From positions 1 to 33,778 of the IMG/VR virus record IMGVR_UViG_3300020045_002075: 33,778 nt of DNA; one strand, given 5' to 3'. The stretch is from a virus (Duplodnaviria > Caudoviricetes). Within the stretch, counting starts at the first letter, position 1; every line of letters begins with the position of its first letter. A program made the position numbers and the translations under genes. The notes under the pieces were generated by a model that saw nothing but the letters and a program-made list of their open reading frames with translations, had not been told where the DNA came from and did no database searches. Shown here piece by piece: positions 8,414-16,075 of this stretch.

Positions 8414-9939
8414 ATATAACCGTAAACACCAAAGGAAGCGGACAAGCTATCGCTCAAACCGAAAAGTTAAATCAAAAGTTCAAGCAGTTACAAGCTACGA
8501 CAGGCGATTTAAAAACAGGGATGAAAGAGAGTAGCAACGCTATTTTAGAAAATGGTGGTGCAATGGGGTTATTAAATGACCTTACTGGAGGCATGGCTAT
8601 GACTGTAAAAGATGCAGTTGAAGCTACTGCATTATTCTCAAAAGGCACAACCATAGCAACCACAGCACAAAAGATTTATACTTTAGTAGTAGGCACAACA
8701 ACAGGCGCATTAAAAGCGTTAAGGATTGCTTTAGTATCTACAGGGTTAGGCGCCATTGTGGTTTTATTGGGTGTGTTTATTGCTAAAATGAATGAAAGTG
8801 CTGAGGCTACCGAGAACGAAAAAAGCGCAACAGATGCTTTAAATGGTTCGCTTCAAAGAATGAGTGACTTGTATAAAGAAAATGTATCGTCTTTAGAAAC
8901 CATAAATAAAGAAAGAGTTTTACGTGCAAAAATAGCAGGTAAAAGCGAATCCGAAATACAAAAGATTGAGGCGGAAACAAGCGCAGAAAGAACAAAAATT
9001 TATAAAGATGAACAAAACAGAATATTAAAGCAGTTAGAAAATAAAAAACTAACCGCAGAGCAGGCTAAAAAGTTAAACGATGAACTTTTAGCAAACGATA
9101 AAGCATATTTTAAAAGTTTAGAAGATGAAAAGTTTAGAGGTTTAGAAAGTGATTTATCAGTAGCCGATGCAAAGAGACAAGCACAAATAGATGCAAATAA
9201 AAAAGCAAAAGAAGACGCAATACAAGCTGAAAAGGACAGGCTTCAAGGCATATTAGATGCAAGAAAAGAATATTTAGAAAAAGCAAAAGAAACTCAACAG
9301 GAGTTAGATGATGTTGACACGGCACGTCGAGAGCGTGAAGCCGAAGAAGAAAAAGTAAAATCAATAGATAGAGAAAGACGCTTACAAGCCGAAGCAGATG
9401 GCGCAAAATCTTTAAATGAATATAAACAAAAAATAGCAGAAGAAGAAGCTATAAGAGATAAAGCGGTGGCAGATGCTAAATTAAATATAGCAGGACAAAC
9501 ATTTGCATTAATTGGAGAGATAGTAGGTCGTGGTAGTAAAGTAGGAAAAGCGGTTGCGGTTGCTCAAGCTACGATTAGCGGTTATGAGGGAGTTCAAAAC
9601 GCTTTTACAACAGCAAGTAAATCACCAGTTACAACTTTATTTCCAGCTTATCCATTTGTTCAGGCGGGGTTAGCTGGGGCGTTTTCAGCTTTACAAATTA
9701 AAAAGATATTAAGCACAGACCCAAGCGGTAAAAGTGGTGGGGGAGGAAGCAGTGCATCAAGCGGTGGAGGAGGTGCTCCCTCAGCACCGTCTTTCAACTT
9801 AGTACAAGGAACAGGAAGCAATCAAATAGCGGAGGGATTAGCAACAGAACGCAGACCATTACAGGCGTATGTAGTCGCTCAAAACGTTACGACAGCGCAA
9901 GGATTAGAAAGAAATATTATTGGAGACGCTTCAATTTAA
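8392..9939 (+). CDS. Tape measure protein
   Basis: Ala/Gly-rich hydrophobic segments (LRIALVSTGLGAIVVLLG), long charged coiled coil, Gly/Ser linker. Confidence 0.75.
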   Translation: MAIEKVVNITVNTKGSGQAIAQTEKLNQKFKQLQATTGDLKTGMKESSNAILENGGAMGLLNDLTGGMAMTVKDAVEATALFSKGTTIATTAQKIYTLVVGTTTGALKALRIALVSTGLGAIVVLLGVFIAKMNESAEATENEKSATDALNGSLQRMSDLYKENVSSLETINKERVLRAKIAGKSESEIQKIEAETSAERTKIYKDEQNRILKQLENKKLTAEQAKKLNDELLANDKAYFKSLEDEKFRGLESDLSVADAKRQAQIDANKKAKEDAIQAEKDRLQGILDARKEYLEKAKETQQELDDVDTARREREAEEEKVKSIDRERRLQAEADGAKSLNEYKQKIAEEEAIRDKAVADAKLNIAGQTFALIGEIVGRGSKVGKAVAVAQATISGYEGVQNAFTTASKSPVTTLFPAYPFVQAGLAGAFSALQIKKILSTDPSGKSGGGGSSASSGGGGAPSAPSFNLVQGTGSNQIAEGLATERRPLQAYVVAQNVTTAQGLERNIIGDASI

Positions 9940-9949
9940 TTTCCAAAAT

Positions 9950-9982
9950 GTAACAAAAGAAAGTAAATTTTATTATTAATGT
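9950..9982 (+). promoter_or_regulatory. Putative phage late promoter, copy 3 (GTAACAAA-N14-ATTATTAATGT)
   Basis: Intergenic, upstream of the head genes, same spacing as the other copies. Confidence 0.65.
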
Positions 9983-9994
9983 ATAGCAGATTAT

Positions 9995-11098
9995 ATGAAA
10001 ACATATCAAGCAACATTTAACCCAAAACTAAACGGAGGCGTTTATGCTATTTCGTTAGTAGAAAACCCAGCGATGGAGGGTTTATTTATTGCACTATCAA
10101 AGCAAGAGGAAATTAAACTAGCTGAGGTTGATAAAGAGCAACGTATATTAATGGGATTAGTTTTAGAACCTAACAAAGCAATATACAGAAATCAAGGCGG
10201 GGAGGAATTTAATATAGTTTTCAATGAAGAAACTATTAAAGAACTTTCACATAGTTTTTTTAAACAAGGCTATCAAGCTAACTCAACAATAGAACACGAA
10301 GCAAAAAATAAAATTGAGGGCGTTACTTTTGTTGAAAGTTGGATTGTAGAAGATAGTAAAATTGACAAATCCGCAAACTTTGGTTTTAGTTACCCTAAAG
10401 GGAGTTGGATTGCTACAATGAAAGTTGATAGTGATGAGGTTTGGAATGATTATGTAAAAACAGGAAAAGTACAAGGGTTTTCAGTTGATGCTATGATTTC
10501 GTTAGAAGAAGTAAATTTAAAAACAAATATAAAAATGAGTAAAGAAGCAGAAGAAAGTATATGGACTTTTTTAAAAGACCTGCCTAACCAAATTGCACTT
10601 GCTTTAAATCCTAAACCTGAGGTTAAAGTTGAGTTAGGAAGTATCAAGACAGCAGACGGAGCAATCACAATCGAGTATGATGGGGAGGCTTTAATGGTAG
10701 GACAATCGGCATGGATTACAGCAGAGGATGGTACAAAAGTTCCTGTTCCTGTTGGCGAACATCCTTTAGAAGATGGTACAGTTTTAATCGTTACAGAAGA
10801 GGGTACGGTTGCAGAGGTAAAAGCGGTTGTTTCAGAAGAAGAAGAAATGAAACAAACACCAACCGTAACAGCAGAGGCTAACAACGATGCTCAAATTGCT
10901 GAAGAAATTAGTACGGCTATCAAATCAATTTTGATTAAGTACAACGAGCAAGCGCAGGAAATTGTAGAAATGAAAGCGCAGTTAATTGAGTTAGGCAATG
11001 AGCCAATTTCAAAAGGTATTAAACAACCTGAGATAAATATCGATTTGTCTAAAATGACGAAACAAGAAAGAATTTTACACAACCTTAGAAATAACTAA
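9995..11098 (+). CDS. Prohead protease (XkdF-like) fused to a scaffold-like domain
   Basis: AISLVENPA, EQRILMGLVLEPN, STIEH, GSW, GKVQGFSVDA; acidic coiled-coil C-terminal half. Confidence 0.75.
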   Translation: MKTYQATFNPKLNGGVYAISLVENPAMEGLFIALSKQEEIKLAEVDKEQRILMGLVLEPNKAIYRNQGGEEFNIVFNEETIKELSHSFFKQGYQANSTIEHEAKNKIEGVTFVESWIVEDSKIDKSANFGFSYPKGSWIATMKVDSDEVWNDYVKTGKVQGFSVDAMISLEEVNLKTNIKMSKEAEESIWTFLKDLPNQIALALNPKPEVKVELGSIKTADGAITIEYDGEALMVGQSAWITAEDGTKVPVPVGEHPLEDGTVLIVTEEGTVAEVKAVVSEEEEMKQTPTVTAEANNDAQIAEEISTAIKSILIKYNEQAQEIVEMKAQLIELGNEPISKGIKQPEINIDLSKMTKQERILHNLRNN

Positions 11099-11100
11099 CA

Positions 11101-11514
11101 ATGGCAAGCACAAGAGGAACAACAATTTACGGGGTAAAAGAGCAGGTAAACGCAACTACTACTTTAGCAGTAGCTACAACCCTAACCAATAGTGATAGTG
11201 GAAAAGTATTTACTTTATCGGCATCAGCAGGAAAAGCGATTACATTGCCGTCAGTAGCGGTTGATGGATGGAATGCTAAATTTGTAATAGGGGCAGTATT
11301 CGCAACAACAAACTTTACAGTAGTAGCTCCAACGGCTATTATTCAAGGTGGTGCAATAGTTAACTCGGTTTTTGTACCAGCATCAAATGAAACAACAATT
11401 TCTTTTGTAGCAACGGCAGAAACGATTGGGGATTACGTTAATATAGTTTCAGACGGCACAAACTACTACATTGATGGTGTTGGTGCTTTAGCAGGTTCAA
11501 TTACATTCGCATAA
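11101..11514 (+). CDS. Putative capsid decoration/head fibre protein
   Basis: Ala/Thr-rich beta protein between the scaffold and the capsid gene (DSGKVFTL, ITLP, SDGTNYYI). Confidence 0.5.
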   Translation: MASTRGTTIYGVKEQVNATTTLAVATTLTNSDSGKVFTLSASAGKAITLPSVAVDGWNAKFVIGAVFATTNFTVVAPTAIIQGGAIVNSVFVPASNETTISFVATAETIGDYVNIVSDGTNYYIDGVGALAGSITFA

Positions 11515-11538
11515 TAATAAAATAAATAATATAAATAA

Positions 11539-12447
11539 ATGGCAACAACAACAAGTGTAAGCTCAAACTATGCAGGGAAAGAGGCAGGAGCGATTATAGG
11601 AAAGACTTTCAAGGAAGCAGATACTTTAAGATTAGGTCTTGTAACTATCGCTCCAAATGTAGGATATACATTGAATATGCGTAGAGTACGTTATACTGAT
11701 GGAACCACAGGTTATTCATGTGGCTTTGACCCACAAGGTACAATCACTTTAAACGAAAGAGTTTTAACTCCTGTAAAATTGAAAAATGATTTTCAAGTTT
11801 GTAAAGAGGATTTTAGAGCTACATGGTCACAGGAAACAATGGGTGCAAGCGCATCAAATCCAAATGCACCCGCTGATATTATGGAGGCTATTCAAGTTGA
11901 AATCTTAGGTCAAACTGCTGAGGATGTAGACTACAAAATTTGGAACGGGGACAGCACAAACACAGATGAGTGGGATGGTTTTTTAAAATTATTCTTAGCT
12001 GATAGTGCGGTTATAGATGTTGATGTAGATGCTTTTACAGAAGCAAACGTAGTGGCTAATTTAAAATTAGCTTTAGGTGCTATTCCAATAGCTTTAAGAC
12101 GTAAAACGCTTAATGTAATGGTTTCTCCTGATGTATTCCAATTTTATAGTTTTTCTTTAACTACTCCAGCTATTACAAATGGATTAGGAGCAGAAGAAAA
12201 ACAAATGAAATTCGGTAAATATACATTGACTGAAGTAAATGGTTTACCTGCAAATACAATCGTTATCGCAGAAGCTAAAAACTTAATCTTTGGAACAGGA
12301 TTAGAAGCTGACTTTAATCAATTAACTATGGTTGATGAGGATGAAGTAGGTTTATTGACTGGGCAAATCAGAGGTAAAATGGTTTACTCTGGCGGTGTTC
12401 AATACTACAACTCAGAAGAGATTGTTTGGGCAAGACCGATAGCATAA
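11539..12447 (+). CDS. Major capsid protein
   Basis: 302 aa following the protease; SNYAGKEAG, IWNGD, DGFLKL and KNLIFGTGL are typical of Bacteroidota siphovirus capsid proteins. Confidence 0.8.
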   Translation: MATTTSVSSNYAGKEAGAIIGKTFKEADTLRLGLVTIAPNVGYTLNMRRVRYTDGTTGYSCGFDPQGTITLNERVLTPVKLKNDFQVCKEDFRATWSQETMGASASNPNAPADIMEAIQVEILGQTAEDVDYKIWNGDSTNTDEWDGFLKLFLADSAVIDVDVDAFTEANVVANLKLALGAIPIALRRKTLNVMVSPDVFQFYSFSLTTPAITNGLGAEEKQMKFGKYTLTEVNGLPANTIVIAEAKNLIFGTGLEADFNQLTMVDEDEVGLLTGQIRGKMVYSGGVQYYNSEEIVWARPIA

Positions 12448-12457
12448 TTAATAATAT

Positions 12458-12479
12458 AGGGGTTGTTAAATCAACCCCT
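12458..12479 (+). terminator. Stem-loop after the capsid gene
   Basis: AGGGGTTG-TTAAAT-CAACCCCT with a weak U tract. Confidence 0.5.
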
Positions 12480-12496
12480 TATAACACCTTATAAAT

Positions 12497-13006
12497 ATGG
12501 CATGTGATATTACAGCAGGAAGATTAAGACCCTGCAAACAGAGCTTAGGAGGTTTAGGTAAGTTGTATCTTTTTAATTATGTAGAAAATCCTTTCACAGT
12601 TTCAGCGGGTGTTGCCACAGCAATCAATCCTGATTTAACCGAAGTATTTGAGTATGAAATTGAGGGCGATGGTAATAATGTAAGCGAAAGTTTTGTTTCA
12701 GACAGAAACGCAGGAACTTCTTTAAATACTCAAACATCTACAATCGTTCTTAAAAAGATTGACGCTACAACTTCAGCACAATTAAACCTATTAACTTATG
12801 GTTTCCCTATGGCGGTTGTAAAAGATAGAAACGGAATTTACCACGCTATCGGAATTGATGATGGGATTGATTTTACAGTAGTTCAATCCACAGGCGGAGC
12901 AAAGGGAGAATTAAACGGATATACTTTAACAGGTGTTTCTACAACAGGAGCGTTATCACCTAAATTAGACAGCGCAACAGTAACGGCATTTTTGGCTTTG
13001 GTTTAA
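12497..13006 (+). CDS. Putative major tail tube protein
   Basis: MACDITAGRLRPCKQSLGGL...TGGAKGELNGYTLT; size and position after the capsid gene. Confidence 0.65.
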   Translation: MACDITAGRLRPCKQSLGGLGKLYLFNYVENPFTVSAGVATAINPDLTEVFEYEIEGDGNNVSESFVSDRNAGTSLNTQTSTIVLKKIDATTSAQLNLLTYGFPMAVVKDRNGIYHAIGIDDGIDFTVVQSTGGAKGELNGYTLTGVSTTGALSPKLDSATVTAFLALV

Positions 13007-13026
13007 TAATTAATTTTTTCATTTTT

Positions 13027-13058
13027 AAAACCCTTATGTAACAAATAAGGGTTTTTTT
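13027..13058 (+). terminator. Intrinsic terminator overlapping late promoter copy 4
   Basis: AAAACCCTTAT-GTAACAA-ATAAGGGTTTTTTT. Confidence 0.7.
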
Positions 13059-13070
13059 AATTATAATAGT
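13038..13070 (+). promoter_or_regulatory. Putative phage late promoter, copy 4, directly abutting the ATG at 13071
   Basis: GTAACAAA-N14-ATTATAATAGT-ATG. Confidence 0.7.
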
Positions 13071-13370
13071 ATGAAGGTTGTAAATCCAAACGATACCGAA
13101 CACACCTTAGTTTTAATTCCGCGCTATTACCCAGCGGATGCAATTACTATGAGTTTGTTTAATGAAACAACACAAATAACTGAGGTTGTAGATAACACTT
13201 ATACTATTACTGATGGAAATTTGTTTTTGACTTTTGAATATATATTTACTGAAAATTCAAAGTTTCAAATTAAATTAGAAGAAACTGAAATAGTATATAG
13301 AGGGAAGCTAATAGCGACCTCACAAGACCCGCAAGAATACAAATTGACAAATAACGTATATTATTACTAA
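13071..13370 (+). CDS. Hypothetical virion protein
   Basis: 99-aa ORF in the structural block, TAATG-coupled to the portal gene. Confidence 0.6.
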   Translation: MKVVNPNDTEHTLVLIPRYYPADAITMSLFNETTQITEVVDNTYTITDGNLFLTFEYIFTENSKFQIKLEETEIVYRGKLIATSQDPQEYKLTNNVYYY

Positions 13371-14986
13371 TGGCAAACGATATTAGATTAATCCAATTAA
13401 ACAACTATATAAGACCAAAATTAGAGGAAAATAAATCTAAAAATTGGGTGTTAAATGGTAAAAATAATTCATTTTATAATTACCTAATTAATAGATATAA
13501 TGGTAGTCCTACAAATTCAGCTATTATTAACTCTTATGTTGATATGGTTTTTGGTAAAGGTATAGGAGCAAAAAACGCTTTCACAAATACTGATGATTGG
13601 ATTAGATTTAAAGTTATTTTGAAAGACAATGATATTAGACGTATTGTTTCTGATTTTGTTTTATATAACGAATTTTCAGCACAAGTAATAAAAGCTAAAA
13701 ACAAAAAGGATTTAGGTGCGATTAAGCATTTACCAAAAGAGCGTGTTGCGCCTTGTTTAGAAAACGAAGAAGAAGAAATATTGTTTTATTGGTATAGCAG
13801 AGATTGGACTAACACTAATAAATATAAGCCTTTAGAATTTCCTGCTTTCGGAACTTCAAAAGATGAAATTGAAATTTACAACGGGAAACCTTATAAAGCA
13901 GGAAAAACATATTTTAGTGACCCTGACTATTTAGCGGGTTTACCTTATTGTGAAATGGAGGAGGAAATAGGAAACTATTATATTTCACACATTAAAAACG
14001 GTTTATCTTTTGGATATATTATAAATATTCCAGACGGGAATAGTTTAACGGACGAAGAAAAAGATGATTTAGAACGCAAGATAAAACAGAGGTTAACTGG
14101 TTCAAGTAACGCTGGTAAATTTGTACTTTCATTTAATGGCAGAGATGCTGAAATAACTGTTACACCTTTACAGGTTAATGATGCTCACAAGCAATGGGAA
14201 TACTTAACAAGCGAAAGCAGACAGCAAATAATGACGGCTCACAGAGTTGTTAGCCCTATGCTTTTCGGGATTAAAGATAATACAGGATTTGGCAATAATG
14301 CGGATGAATTAGATGTAGCAAGAGAGCAGTTGATTAAATACGTTATTGAACCAAAACAAAGATTTATAATTGAAGCGTTGCAGGAAATATTAGAATATTA
14401 TAAAATCAATTTAGAACTATATTTCAAACCTTTAAAAGAGGTTAAACTAGAATTAAGCGAAGAAAAAAAAAAGACTGAATTAGATTTATTTATCGAAATG
14501 GGAGAGGATGATTTAACTGATTACGATTTAATCGATGTTAAGCCAGTTGATTACGAAGAAGAAGATAAAATTACTTTATCAGTTAGTACAGGAGTAGCTT
14601 TCCCAAACGCTAAAAGCAAATATGATACAGAGTTTTATGCTTATCGTTATCGATATGCAGGAAATGAAGCACCAGAAAGAGATTTTTGCCGTTCAATGAT
14701 GAGAGCTAATAAGATTTACAGACGTGAGGATATTGAAGCAATGGGAGAAAAGAATGTTAATGCTGGTTTTGGTATGCATCCATTCCCCAACAAACCTTAT
14801 TCTATATGGAAATATAAAGGAGGCGGTTTATTAAGTGCAAATTATACGCAAGGAACTTGTAAACACTATTGGGAAAAATTAACATACAAGAAAAAAGGCG
14901 TTAAAATCGATGTAAACAATCCAATTAACGAACCAAAAGAAAGTAGAGCAAGTGGAATAGCGGGACAAGCACCGCATGATATATAA
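13370..14986 (+). CDS. Portal protein with a ~170-aa C-terminal extension
   Basis: SPTNSAII, YFSDPDYLAG, TGSSNAGK, AHRVVSPMLFGI, VIEPKQ; the extension carries RDFC and CKHYW. Confidence 0.8.
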   Translation: MANDIRLIQLNNYIRPKLEENKSKNWVLNGKNNSFYNYLINRYNGSPTNSAIINSYVDMVFGKGIGAKNAFTNTDDWIRFKVILKDNDIRRIVSDFVLYNEFSAQVIKAKNKKDLGAIKHLPKERVAPCLENEEEEILFYWYSRDWTNTNKYKPLEFPAFGTSKDEIEIYNGKPYKAGKTYFSDPDYLAGLPYCEMEEEIGNYYISHIKNGLSFGYIINIPDGNSLTDEEKDDLERKIKQRLTGSSNAGKFVLSFNGRDAEITVTPLQVNDAHKQWEYLTSESRQQIMTAHRVVSPMLFGIKDNTGFGNNADELDVAREQLIKYVIEPKQRFIIEALQEILEYYKINLELYFKPLKEVKLELSEEKKKTELDLFIEMGEDDLTDYDLIDVKPVDYEEEDKITLSVSTGVAFPNAKSKYDTEFYAYRYRYAGNEAPERDFCRSMMRANKIYRREDIEAMGEKNVNAGFGMHPFPNKPYSIWKYKGGGLLSANYTQGTCKHYWEKLTYKKKGVKIDVNNPINEPKESRASGIAGQAPHDI

Positions 14987-14989
14987 ATT

Positions 14990-15523
14990 ATGGCAGAGTT
15001 TTTATTTGTAACACCTCAAGAAATTGCATCAACAACCGTTTTAGGCGGAAATGTTGATGTAGATAAATATTTGTTTTGTATTGCAAATGTTCAGCTAACA
15101 ACAATCGAACCGTTGTTAGGCACAGAATTATACGATAAGATTTTAACCGATGCTGAAAATGATGATTTATCTGGATTATATTTAACTTTATATAACCGTT
15201 TTGTTAAACCAATTACAAAAAACAAAGCAACGGCAGAATATATCGAAATCGGGCAATATATGGTAGATAACGGAGGTATTTATAAGCACACAGGCGATAA
15301 TATTGAGGTTGTTTCTAAAGATGAAGTTTTGTTCTTGTCAAATAAATACAATGCTTTGGCTCAAATGTATATTTTGCGTTTTAATAAGTGGATTTGTAAC
15401 AATACCATTACTGAATACAAAACGTATCAAGACGAAGTAAACGCTAATAGAAATGTCAAAGTCACAGCGGGATGGAAGTTAAACGGAAATACTTATGACG
15501 ATAGAAAATGGTATCTACAATAA
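14990..15523 (+). CDS. Putative head-tail adaptor
   Basis: Follows the portal; GNVDVDK, IEPLLGTELYDKI; helical. Confidence 0.6.
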   Translation: MAEFLFVTPQEIASTTVLGGNVDVDKYLFCIANVQLTTIEPLLGTELYDKILTDAENDDLSGLYLTLYNRFVKPITKNKATAEYIEIGQYMVDNGGIYKHTGDNIEVVSKDEVLFLSNKYNALAQMYILRFNKWICNNTITEYKTYQDEVNANRNVKVTAGWKLNGNTYDDRKWYLQ

Positions 15524-16074
15524 CAAGCGGTTATAATAGAAAATGTAAAGACAGTAAAGGTGGATTAGATGAAATTTATCTTTTTCCTTATGTAAACTAT
15601 TCAAGAAGTCAAATAGTAACCGATGGAAATATATTGACTACTTTTCCAACGACTACTATTTATAAGTTTTATTCAAATGGAAATCCAAATGCAAATGAAA
15701 GTCAAGTTGAGGATGCGGGCGGTAAATATTTTAATCAAGCCTTATCTTTAGAGTTACAAGGCGCAAATGATAATGACAATTTAAGTAAATTGATTAAAAA
15801 AGATTACCGTTTAATATTTAGAGATAGAAACGGACTGTACCGTATTTTCGGACTGTATAACGGTGTTGAAGCGAACGGAATAACTTATGACACAGGAAGC
15901 AGTAAAAGCGACTTTAATGGATTTAAAATAGGTTTTGATGGCAAAGAGGAAAAGCAAAGTTTCTTTATAACCGATTTAGAAAGTGCTGGATTTTTTATAG
16001 AGGAGAATTATAGAATTTTAGAGAGCGGAGAATTTAGAATTACTGAGGATAGTAAATTTAGAATATTAGAATAA
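15508..16074 (+). CDS. Second tail-tube-like paralog
   Basis: ITSGYNRKCKDSKGGLDEIYLF, DRNGLYRIFG and TGSSKSDFNGF align with 12497..13006. Confidence 0.65.
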   Translation: MVSTITSGYNRKCKDSKGGLDEIYLFPYVNYSRSQIVTDGNILTTFPTTTIYKFYSNGNPNANESQVEDAGGKYFNQALSLELQGANDNDNLSKLIKKDYRLIFRDRNGLYRIFGLYNGVEANGITYDTGSSKSDFNGFKIGFDGKEEKQSFFITDLESAGFFIEENYRILESGEFRITEDSKFRILE

Positions 16075-16075
16075 T

